The notes beneath the pieces were generated by a model. It was not told the origin of the DNA and made no database searches. It saw nothing but the letters and a program-made list of their open reading frames with translations. From IMG/VR virus record IMGVR_UViG_3300042475_004151: 64,000 nt of DNA; one strand, given 5' to 3'. The stretch is from a virus. Shown one piece after another: positions 55,685 to 64,000 of the stretch. Positions within the stretch are counted from its first letter, which is position 1. Each line of letters opens with the position of its first letter. Both the position numbers and the translations under genes were made by a program.

Positions 55685-56419
55685 TTAGTTTGTGGAAAGA
55701 CGAACTAAATAATAAATAGATTCTATAGAATCTTCTTCAAATGTTAATTTCATTAATCCTTCTTGACTAATCTCTATTTTACCCTTAGTTGTATCAGAAT
55801 TTGCTTTTAATATTTCTAACATTATATCAGCAGGGAATGGTATTTCACTTAATCCAAATAATGATTCACAATTATTTTTAAATTTAATTTTATTAGCGTA
55901 ACCATTTCCTTCACCTATAGTGATTAACAATTGTGTTCCTTCATTAGCATCATATTCTGTTTTAACTGTAAATTGTTTAGTATCACCTAATGCCTTTTTA
56001 GCGTTAACAAATTTATTAATAAACTCACTATCAATATCTACTGTAGCATCATATGCAGTTGGTTCATTAATATCAGGAACAGACTCAATTAAATTTAGAT
56101 CTGATAAGTAATAATTCAAATCATATTGATTATCTGCTAAAGTTAGTTCAAGTGGAGTACCACGTTCGCTTTTATTTAGTTTTAAAACTATATAATTATC
56201 CATTATCTTGACTAGCTTAACAAATTGACTAGTATTATATATCCCAATTTCACTGTCCTCTAAATCGATGTTAGAACTGGTTATTTTACCTACTAAGTTT
56301 TTAAATGGAGTAATAAAATTGATAACTATATTTTTATTGTTAACAACCCATTTAACTGATTCTACAGTTCCTCCTAAATGGTACTTATCAATAACTGATG
56401 TTAGAATTTGCTTATTCAT
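55685..56419 (-). CDS. Sliding clamp (T4 gp45/PCNA-like)
   Basis: 244 aa next to PolB; IGIYN..QF.K, G.IEISQEGLMKL.F.....S.YYLV. Confidence 0.75.
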   Translation of the reverse strand: MNKQILTSVIDKYHLGGTVESVKWVVNNKNIVINFITPFKNLVGKITSSNIDLEDSEIGIYNTSQFVKLVKIMDNYIVLKLNKSERGTPLELTLADNQYDLNYYLSDLNLIESVPDINEPTAYDATVDIDSEFINKFVNAKKALGDTKQFTVKTEYDANEGTQLLITIGEGNGYANKIKFKNNCESLFGLSEIPFPADIMLEILKANSDTTKGKIEISQEGLMKLTFEEDSIESIYYLVRLSTN

Positions 56420-56440
56420 ATTTTAAATATAATATATTTT

Positions 56441-59029
56441 TTAGAATGAAAAAAACTTATTTACATAAGCATTTAAACTTGGAAATGACCATTTCAGATC
56501 ACTATATATACCTTGTAATTTGTTTAGTAGAGTTGAATTAAATCCTTCTTCTTTATCAATAAATTTAATAATAAAATCAGTTATGAATTCTGGATCATTA
56601 CCTGTAAATCCTATCACTTCTATTTTATATGGGTTGTCTTTTAATTGTATGTAATACATCTTATCACCTTCTGTAAAACATGAATATTTTTTATCTAGTT
56701 TTTTAAAACGTAATAAATCATTATACCATATAGCAGCTTTAGTATTAATAGGACATTTAAGTTCTAGTTTAGAAAATATCTGTCCTGATTGTGGAGGTGA
56801 AGCTATATATTTTTTAATATTTCTAACTCCGGTTGGTTTAGCGATACTTTTAATAGGTACAATATCTAATGATTTTTTAAAATCAATAATCTTTTTATCA
56901 ATTTCAGTTTTAGTTTTACCATACATTATATCTAGTAAAATACCCTCACCAAACTTTCTATATAATGGATTCATGTTTGATTTCATTACATCCATTCCTT
57001 TAATATCTAATTCTTCAGTTGGTACACCTTCTTTATTAACAATAAATTGAGCATATCTTCTCTTACCAGCAAAATAACCTCGTTCAAGAACAACCTCTTG
57101 TTTTAATTCAAAATATTCATTATCAATATTAAATAAATCTTTACATAAATTTTGTAAGAATGGTTTTGTTTTATCTTGATAGTCTTTAGTTATCTCAAGA
57201 GCAACAGGTACTACTTCTTCTCTATTATTAATATTAATATCTGGTTTTCGTTTTAATATTAGATCTTTTAATTCAAAAAATAAACTATCTGTATCAGCTG
57301 TAATTACATAGTCTTTTTCTACTCCTAACTCTGTGCTAATTTCTCTATTGATAAAGTTAATTGATTCCTGGTCCAAACGTTGACCTGTGAGTGTGATTGC
57401 TTTACTAATAAATAAATTACCGTCACTATATCTCCATCCATTCTGAGCAAATACTCCATATACGTCGTTTAATTTAATTTTAAAAGTATGTTGTAATCGA
57501 TTATAATATTCACCTTTAGCTGTATCACCAGCTTTAAAAGCAGCTTTCATTAAATCTTTATATTGTTTTCTTTTATCAAACCAATCATTTAATATCTCTA
57601 CTATAATACTAGACTTATCTTTTCTAAACAAAGTACCATTAGCTGATATTATTAATTTATTATTTTCAATTAAATCAATTAGGTTTTTTACTTTTATGTA
57701 AGTTAATTTAACTCTTCTATCTGGTGTTACTTTTTCAATTGGTATTTCTTCTTCACCATCCATTGCTTTTAAATCTCCTAATCCCCATTGGTTATCATAC
57801 TTGTTTCTATTTTGTATTCTACCAACTAATGTTTCAATACCCATATTTAAATTACGAATAATTGATGGATATAGTGATGTAAAATCTAAATCACTCACCC
57901 ATTCATATAGTCCTGGTTCTGGATCTTTTAGATAACCACCAGCATATTCTTCATTTGCTTCTTTTAATGCTGGATTGTAAGTAGTTGGTTTATTAGGTGA
58001 AACTATATCTTTTCGTTTTAGATAAGTTAAAATAGCACCTTCATTTAATGCTGTTGAGTAATATATATTCTCATAAGGTACATGGCATAAATGACATATA
58101 TTAACTGTTAAATCTATAAACTGTAATTTTTTATCTAATTCAATTAATATCTCAACATCACGTAAGTTATATTCTATAAATTTAAGAACATCATCTTTAA
58201 ATAATTTATCAAGTGAACCCTCATATTCTATCTTACCTAACTTAACATATTTCTCTCCTATGTCACCTAGTTTGTAAGATGACTCTTGTTTCATAATATA
58301 TTTCTTATGTAACAACATATAGTCAAGATGATTAACACCTGCTATATTAACTACAGATTCATTTGTTTGAGCTTTCTTATTAAAGAAATCTTGTGTAGAA
58401 ACAATACCTAACGGTGATAATTCTTTAGCTTTTTCTTCACCCAATACCCTGCAAATCCTATGATAAAGATAAGGTATATCAAAAAACTCACTATTCCAAC
58501 CACTGATAATAGTAGGATCAGAATCAAGCCATATACTGATGAATTTAGATAGTAAGTCAAATTCTTTAGCACATGATATAATTTCTTTGTTATCTTCTTT
58601 AATATCATTTAACTGTTTTTTTTCGTCTAAAACTAAACAATAGTATTTTTTAAGTGTAACATCATATAAAGCTATAGATGTTATTTTCATTGGAGCTGAT
58701 TTAATATAATCAGTTGTTAATGCTCCTCCAATTTCACACTCTATGTCTATAAATACTGTATTATGATATTGAGGCGCCTCATCTAAATCTTTATAAGCAT
58801 CAACTAATACCCTAGTTTCCATAGGTATATCTATCTCATAATACGTTAGTGGATCATTTTTATCACATTTTTGGGTTGGTGATACTCGTTTACCATCTAG
58901 TGTTTCATACTTGCCATCAGGATCAAGTTTATAGTAAGTTGGATAGTATTCAAAACTCATCCATCCTTGTTTATCATCTCTTAGATGACATGTTTTATTT
59001 CTAAAATCATAGTGTATAGCTTGAAACAT
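56441..59029 (-). CDS. Family B DNA polymerase
   Basis: Exo DIE, GWNSEFFDIPY, YNLRD; DLDFTSLYPSII; KIKLNDVYG; TADTDS; KRRY. Confidence 0.96.
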   Translation of the reverse strand: MFQAIHYDFRNKTCHLRDDKQGWMSFEYYPTYYKLDPDGKYETLDGKRVSPTQKCDKNDPLTYYEIDIPMETRVLVDAYKDLDEAPQYHNTVFIDIECEIGGALTTDYIKSAPMKITSIALYDVTLKKYYCLVLDEKKQLNDIKEDNKEIISCAKEFDLLSKFISIWLDSDPTIISGWNSEFFDIPYLYHRICRVLGEEKAKELSPLGIVSTQDFFNKKAQTNESVVNIAGVNHLDYMLLHKKYIMKQESSYKLGDIGEKYVKLGKIEYEGSLDKLFKDDVLKFIEYNLRDVEILIELDKKLQFIDLTVNICHLCHVPYENIYYSTALNEGAILTYLKRKDIVSPNKPTTYNPALKEANEEYAGGYLKDPEPGLYEWVSDLDFTSLYPSIIRNLNMGIETLVGRIQNRNKYDNQWGLGDLKAMDGEEEIPIEKVTPDRRVKLTYIKVKNLIDLIENNKLIISANGTLFRKDKSSIIVEILNDWFDKRKQYKDLMKAAFKAGDTAKGEYYNRLQHTFKIKLNDVYGVFAQNGWRYSDGNLFISKAITLTGQRLDQESINFINREISTELGVEKDYVITADTDSLFFELKDLILKRKPDININNREEVVPVALEITKDYQDKTKPFLQNLCKDLFNIDNEYFELKQEVVLERGYFAGKRRYAQFIVNKEGVPTEELDIKGMDVMKSNMNPLYRKFGEGILLDIMYGKTKTEIDKKIIDFKKSLDIVPIKSIAKPTGVRNIKKYIASPPQSGQIFSKLELKCPINTKAAIWYNDLLRFKKLDKKYSCFTEGDKMYYIQLKDNPYKIEVIGFTGNDPEFITDFIIKFIDKEEGFNSTLLNKLQGIYSDLKWSFPSLNAYVNKFFSF

Positions 59030-59073
59030 ATATTAAATATATTAAGCTTTACTTGGGTTAGCAAACATTATAA

Positions 59074-60084
59074 TTATAATCCAAATCTACTTTTATTTGC
59101 ATTATAGTTTTGAGTAATTTCGGCTCCAGATAATGCTCTATTATATAATCTCATTTGATAGAACACAGGTTGTAACGCTGTGTTTGAGTTATTCAATACA
59201 TCTCCAAATCCTGTACCTTCATTATTATGTCTTGCACCAAAATAGAAATTATTAGATGTGAATAGAGTTTGAATATTCACTGTGTCCGTAGTACCAACTT
59301 GTGAACCATTTAAATATAAACTATATTGTGTACCATTGAGGACAAAAATCCATTGTCTTACAGCATTGCTTGCTGTTATAGTTTTTGAGGATTCAGAAGT
59401 TGGCTTACCATAATTTAATGTTATAGCGCTATCCATGTAAGCAAAATAACCAGCGTCAGAGTTGTAAAATTCATTACCCCAAACAGTTGCCCAGTTTGAT
59501 GTTGGATTAAATGAAGCTATAACTTCAACTGTTACAGTACTAGTACTAATATTATATGGAACAATAATATAATCAGTTCCATTCAAATCATCATTATTTA
59601 ATTTTATACCACCACCAAACGAACCTGTATATGAAGGTGTGCCTTCTAAAGTCGCATTATATCCATTACCTGAAGCATCAGTCCAAGTTGTTCCTGATGA
59701 AGGTGCTGATTGTAAATTAAATATTAATCCACTTGTTACTATACCACCATTTGAACCTGATGATGGTGAAGGTGTAGGAGAAGGAGGAGTACTTGGTGGT
59801 ATAGTTATACTTGGTGTATTACTAATTGATGGACTAATAGAAATACTAGGTGTAGCACTTATACTAACAGAAGGTGTTATACTAGGTGTTTTACTAGGTG
59901 TAATACTAATACTAGGTGTAAATGATGGAGTTATACTAGGTGTAACACTAAAACTAGGTGATACACTTGGGTATATCACATAACCATTCTCAATAAATAT
60001 AATATTTCCTTTTTTTGGAAATTCTGTATCAGTTCTTAATTTTTGAGGAACTATACTTTTAAATTTAAACTTACTATTCATCAT
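59074..60084 (-). CDS. Pro/Ser/Thr-repeat protein with LamG/concanavalin-like domain, likely virion surface protein
   Basis: TPS(I/V/F)S repeats; GIVTSGL..., WTDASGNG, LYLNG, YNRALS.AEI.QNYNA.K.RFGL. Confidence 0.8.
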   Translation of the reverse strand: MMNSKFKFKSIVPQKLRTDTEFPKKGNIIFIENGYVIYPSVSPSFSVTPSITPSFTPSISITPSKTPSITPSVSISATPSISISPSISNTPSITIPPSTPPSPTPSPSSGSNGGIVTSGLIFNLQSAPSSGTTWTDASGNGYNATLEGTPSYTGSFGGGIKLNNDDLNGTDYIIVPYNISTSTVTVEVIASFNPTSNWATVWGNEFYNSDAGYFAYMDSAITLNYGKPTSESSKTITASNAVRQWIFVLNGTQYSLYLNGSQVGTTDTVNIQTLFTSNNFYFGARHNNEGTGFGDVLNNSNTALQPVFYQMRLYNRALSGAEITQNYNANKSRFGL

Positions 60085-60102
60085 ATTATAAATATGAAAT
60101 AA

Positions 60103-60123
60103 GTAAAGCGTCCGAAGACGCTA
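60103..60123 (-). terminator. Intrinsic terminator-like hairpin
   Basis: AGCGTC-TTCG-GACGCT followed by TTAC. Confidence 0.6.
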
Positions 60124-60151
60124 AACTTAAATCTTTATGTTGTTATTTATA

Positions 60152-60694
60152 TTATACTGATGGGGATGGAGTTGGAGTAGGTGTTCTTGAAAGACTTATA
60201 CTTGGTGTTGGACTAATACTTATACTTGGAGTTAGACTTACACTAACACTTATACTAGGTGTCACACTTGGTGGATTACAAATTGAAGCACAATTAGCAT
60301 ATCCTGTAGTATCATCAAGATTAAATACAGGTGTTCCTCCTGATACACCAACTGGTTGTACAGCTGATGAACCACTTGAATAATAATATCCTAATGTAAG
60401 ACTAGTACCATAACTAAATCCAATTTTTTGACTTAAAAATTGATTACAATTACCATCAAGACAGTTATAAACATTAAATAAATAATTATACGCTAATGAT
60501 GGTGTTGGTGTTGGTGTAATACTAATTGATGGAGTTATAGTAGGTGTGAAACTAACTGTTGGAGTTACACTTGGTGTTATACTAATTGATGGTGTTGGAC
60601 TAACACTTAATGTAATACTAGGTGTATTTGGTGGTGTTGGAGCAACATTTATAGTAGAGTTACTCTTTTGGTATAATCTTTCAGTTAATGGCAT
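60152..60694 (-). CDS. Pro/Ser/Thr-repeat (mucin-like) protein with Cys-containing core
   Basis: Two TPSISI repeat blocks flanking a four-Cys domain. Confidence 0.75.
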   Translation of the reverse strand: MPLTERLYQKSNSTINVAPTPPNTPSITLSVSPTPSISITPSVTPTVSFTPTITPSISITPTPTPSLAYNYLFNVYNCLDGNCNQFLSQKIGFSYGTSLTLGYYYSSGSSAVQPVGVSGGTPVFNLDDTTGYANCASICNPPSVTPSISVSVSLTPSISISPTPSISLSRTPTPTPSPSV

Positions 60695-60715
60695 TGTTTA
60701 TGTTTGCTATAAATA

Positions 60716-63073
60716 TTAATTTTCTCTACGATCTTGCGCACTATAATGACTTATTCTATTATGATTTATAGGAGATGCTAATAATATAGCTGGTTTGATA
60801 TTACCTTTACGTGTTTCTTGAAACATATGAGACATCCATGTTTGTTCGTAAGGATGTGTCCAATCTATATCTAAAAACATTTTTTGGTTACCTGCTTTAC
60901 CTACAATCATAGGCCAGTTAGCATAGTATACATCACCATCAATATATGTTAAACCATCAACATTATCAATTTTATTGAACTTAGTTCTAGGACAATTTGT
61001 ATCTAAACCTTGAATAGGCAATTTATCATATCCCGGCCACATTTCAGTTCTAATAAACTGTGGAACATTATACCAAGAACATTGCATGTAGTTATCCATA
61101 TATACTTCTGTAAATGATAATTTTAAAAAGTCATATTCTTCTTTTAACATTATCTTATGAATCTTCTCAAATAATCCAGGTATATATTGTCTAAAACCAT
61201 TACGACAAATATCACTAGTTGAATTATATATACCCATATCATCCTCTAAGAATATATAATAGTCACTATCAGATTCTTGAAAATGTTTGGCAGCATATAA
61301 TCTACCTCTATTAATACCTAAATTTTCACCTGTTACAAGATGTTCCATTCCATATTCTTCACAAATAGCCTTATTACCAGCTACTGCTTCATCATTATTA
61401 GAATTATCAATTAATATTTTTCTTGTTTTATCTAACCACTCTGGATGTAGTTTATATGTTTCTAAAGTATGTCTTACTTGTTCTGGGAAATTAAAAGTAA
61501 GTATATATAAAGATGTTTTCAATTTTGATGTATCCAAATTTTTAGGTTTTAAAAATACACGTTGTTCTGGAATTGGTTCTAATTCGACTTTATCATCTAA
61601 TAATGCTTGAATGAATTTAGTCACTAAGCCATTACTATCTAAAGCATATCTTCTATACTTTTCAGGTTCAATATAAGACATAAGAGTAAAAATACTTTCT
61701 TCAGTACCCATATAACCTTCACCTAATGTTCTTTGTAACAATGGATAATAAAGATTATTAGCGTCATTTATTATATTTTTTCTTCCACCAAATAATCCAC
61801 CTCGACAAACATGTTCTACTTTTTTACCAGCGTAGCGATTCATAGCTGTAAAATCAAAACCATGAATTTCATCATTAGCTTCATATGGATAACTTAAAAA
61901 TAAGAATGTATCTAAATGTGGATTTATCTTATCTAAGGCTTTATGCTCACTGAAGAATTTATCATAAACAGTATTTGTAATACCAGCGTCTAGCCAAATA
62001 AAATATTCTGTATTAAATGGATTCCATATAGTAACATCATTTAACATAAACATTTTTGATTGTACTATTGGATTATACCATTCTAAAGATGCTTGAGGTG
62101 AACCTACTAACCAACCATGTTCTCCAGTTTTATTAAACCATTCTGGAGTGGTTCTAATTTTTTGAGTGATATCCCAATGTGGACTATAAAGATTTTTTAC
62201 ATCTTCTAGTTCATATACTTTAACAAATGTGTTTTCTTTACTCCTTTTCTCCCAAACTAAATATTCATATTCAGCTGGAATGAAGATAAACATATTAACA
62301 GGTATGTCTAGAAAATTTTTAAAATGTTCTATGTAGTGACTAAAGTCTCTACCTGGTCTACTTATATCCCATAATCCTGTAACAACTGTTAAGTCTTTAT
62401 TTTTTATTTCCATACTAGAAGTAGGCATATGTAATTGTTCTACTTTTCCATTTTTCTGTATAGCTCCTACTTGATCACAAACTTTTAAAATATTAAATGA
62501 TTCTCCTCTTAAAGCAAAAAACGCTTCAATAGCTGCTTTAACTCCAGGTAAATCATTTCTTTCATAATCATGAAATAATATATACCCACCATCAGATACT
62601 TTATTATATATTTTAGTTAAACTATCAAAGATAGAATCATAAAAATCTCCATCTAAAAAGGCAAAAGCAATCTTATCTGGTATTCTATAGTCTGGAATAT
62701 CTTTGAACCATCCTTTATTTGTATATGGTGGTTTTAGATTATTATCTCTAAAATTTTTAATTAGTATTTCTTCACTAACATTTAATGTACCTGCTCTCCA
62801 TCCTGTGTTTTCTTCCCATTTAGATAATGGAGGTAAACCTTCAAATGAATCATACACATATAAATCTTTATTTGATTTAGTTTCGTCTAATGTTTTTCTT
62901 AGATACTTACTTGATTCACCTACATAACATCCAAATTCGACAAAATCACCTTCAATGCCTTTTTCAATAGCATCTAAAGCATACAATACTAGATAATCTA
63001 GTTGATCTTCGCTTATGATACTAGCGTCAACTTTACTGTTTCTAAAAGTTCTTATTTTATTTACTAACTCCAT
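60716..63073 (-). CDS. Fusion of TylF-type O-methyltransferase, HtrL/WlaTC-like GT and GT2-like domains
   Basis: GDFVEFG, DSFEGLP, KGWF, LDGDFY, HDY; TVVTGLWDI...WLDAG...GGLFGG; ILIDNS, ENLGI, FLEDD; start reassigned to MELVNK. Confidence 0.8.
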   Translation of the reverse strand: MELVNKIRTFRNSKVDASIISEDQLDYLVLYALDAIEKGIEGDFVEFGCYVGESSKYLRKTLDETKSNKDLYVYDSFEGLPPLSKWEENTGWRAGTLNVSEEILIKNFRDNNLKPPYTNKGWFKDIPDYRIPDKIAFAFLDGDFYDSIFDSLTKIYNKVSDGGYILFHDYERNDLPGVKAAIEAFFALRGESFNILKVCDQVGAIQKNGKVEQLHMPTSSMEIKNKDLTVVTGLWDISRPGRDFSHYIEHFKNFLDIPVNMFIFIPAEYEYLVWEKRSKENTFVKVYELEDVKNLYSPHWDITQKIRTTPEWFNKTGEHGWLVGSPQASLEWYNPIVQSKMFMLNDVTIWNPFNTEYFIWLDAGITNTVYDKFFSEHKALDKINPHLDTFLFLSYPYEANDEIHGFDFTAMNRYAGKKVEHVCRGGLFGGRKNIINDANNLYYPLLQRTLGEGYMGTEESIFTLMSYIEPEKYRRYALDSNGLVTKFIQALLDDKVELEPIPEQRVFLKPKNLDTSKLKTSLYILTFNFPEQVRHTLETYKLHPEWLDKTRKILIDNSNNDEAVAGNKAICEEYGMEHLVTGENLGINRGRLYAAKHFQESDSDYYIFLEDDMGIYNSTSDICRNGFRQYIPGLFEKIHKIMLKEEYDFLKLSFTEVYMDNYMQCSWYNVPQFIRTEMWPGYDKLPIQGLDTNCPRTKFNKIDNVDGLTYIDGDVYYANWPMIVGKAGNQKMFLDIDWTHPYEQTWMSHMFQETRKGNIKPAILLASPINHNRISHYSAQDRREN

Positions 63074-64000
63074 TTTGGAAAATTTTCTTTTCTTATGTAA
63101 TAATCTTCTAATAATAAACAATCTAACTCTGTTTGATTATATATTATGAAGGCATCTTTATATGTTGATAAAATTGGTTTACCATTAACGTTAAATGATG
63201 TATTTAATAAAACACCTACACCTGTTTCTTTTTCAAATTCAGTTATTAAATCATATAACCATTCATTTTGTTCTCTAGTTACTGTTTGTACTCTAGCTGT
63301 ATTATCAACATGTGTAATTGCAGCTAATTTTTCTCTCCATTCTTCTTTAACTATAGGACAAAAACTCATCCATCTTGCTTCTTCTTCAAGTTCAAAATAT
63401 TTTGAAACGTCTTCTAATCTAACAACTGGAGCAAATGGTCTATACCATTCTCTATGTTTTACTTTAGCGTTTAGAATATCTTTCATTTCAGATATTGATG
63501 GATTGCAGATAATACTTCTATTACCTAATGCTCTAGGACCATGTTCAGCTTGACCATGTACTGTACCTATTATTTTACCTTCAACTAAGTCTTTAACTAC
63601 TATTGAAGGATCATATTGTTCAAACGGATGATAATATTCATCTTGTTTCATTAACTTTCTAACATTTGGATATTCAGGTAATGTTTGAGCTAAAATATTT
63701 TTATCTAATATAGGTAAACCTTTATAAGTAATATCTAATGGTTTCTCAGGTCTTAAATGACGTAACATTAAACCTAAAGCTATACCACAATCACTTGGAT
63801 TTGGACCTACAAATACTTCCTTATTAAATTCTTGTTTTACTCTTGTATTAAGTATAATATTTAAACCACATCCTCCAGTTATACAAATAGGTAAATCTGG
63901 ATATTCATCAAAATATGGTTTAGCTACTTCTAAAAAACATTCTTCAAATGCTCTTTGAGCTGTTGCTGCTACATCATAAGCTAATTGTCCTTCTAATCTA
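63064..64000 (-). CDS. Carbamoyltransferase (NodU/CmcH family), 5' part outside the window
   Basis: ITGGCGLN, PNPSDCGIALG, EHGPRALGNRSI, VKHREWYRPFAP, THVD.TARVQTV, LLNTSFN. Confidence 0.93.
   Translation of the reverse strand, partial: RLEGQLAYDVAATAQRAFEECFLEVAKPYFDEYPDLPICITGGCGLNIILNTRVKQEFNKEVFVGPNPSDCGIALGLMLRHLRPEKPLDITYKGLPILDKNILAQTLPEYPNVRKLMKQDEYYHPFEQYDPSIVVKDLVEGKIIGTVHGQAEHGPRALGNRSIICNPSISEMKDILNAKVKHREWYRPFAPVVRLEDVSKYFELEEEARWMSFCPIVKEEWREKLAAITHVDNTARVQTVTREQNEWLYDLITEFEKETGVGVLLNTSFNVNGKPILSTYKDAFIIYNQTELDCLLLEDYYIRKENFPKWS

Noticed and set aside
39527-58608. Nested minus-strand ORFs 39527-39730 and 58408-58608
   Set aside because: Out-of-frame ORFs inside GT4 and PolB with no independent signals
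44832-59029. Introns or inteins in thyA or DNA polymerase
   Set aside because: Both are single ORFs of plausible length with motifs in order; the thyA insertions are short in-frame loops
59640-60640. Diversity-generating retroelement or DNA tandem repeat in the PST-rich genes
   Set aside because: Repeats are conserved at protein level with varied codons; no reverse transcriptase or adenine-specific template/variable pair seen
487-63553. All plus-strand ORFs in the track
   Set aside because: They are short, lie antisense to well-supported minus-strand genes or RNA genes or in skewed non-coding DNA, and have no recognisable motifs
1-64000. Stop-codon reassignment
   Set aside because: Long conserved genes (PolB, GroEL, ThyA, GTs) are intact in the standard code, coding density is high, and no suppressor tRNA was seen

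Overview
This is a 64-kb segment of a large, very AT-rich dsDNA tailed phage (T4-like replisome, probably a jumbo myovirus). Essentially all real genes are on the minus strand and read in the standard genetic code. The host is probably Bacteroidota, based on TTTG...TAnnTTT(G/A) promoters, A-rich leaders without a Shine-Dalgarno sequence, and a tmRNA tag ending YAVAA. Left to right: baseplate/tail hydrolase genes and a late sigma-like gene (1-4.7 kb); HD, glutaredoxin and T5orf172 genes; a MoxR AAA/VWA-metallopeptidase module and a RadA-like ATPase (7-12 kb); a long array of small genes, many preceded by a TGACC-N13-TAnnTTTA promoter sitting on the stop codon of the previous gene (12-27 kb); a 12-kb glycan biosynthesis cluster including RfbH, RmlD-like and glycosyltransferase genes (28.7-40.5 kb); nuclease, clamp loader and thyA (40.7-46.7 kb); a membrane-protein module with an orphan four-helix-bundle sensor and a beta-barrel (47.8-49.9 kb); an RNA-gene island (tmRNA, HNH, tRNA-Leu, an unrecognised pseudoknotted RNA ending in CCA, and a 156-nt tRNA-like RNA with a giant variable arm; 51.2-52.6 kb); GroEL/GroES/Hsp20, sliding clamp and family B DNA polymerase; two Pro/Ser/Thr-repeat proteins, a TylF-glycosyltransferase fusion and a carbamoyltransferase. 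The best novelty candidates are the ncRNA island, the long-range stem enclosing the SD-led hsp20, the promoter-bounded cassette array, the orphan sensor module and the putative virion glycosylation system. All protein calls come from motif recognition by eye and all RNA folds were done by hand; no database searches were run.
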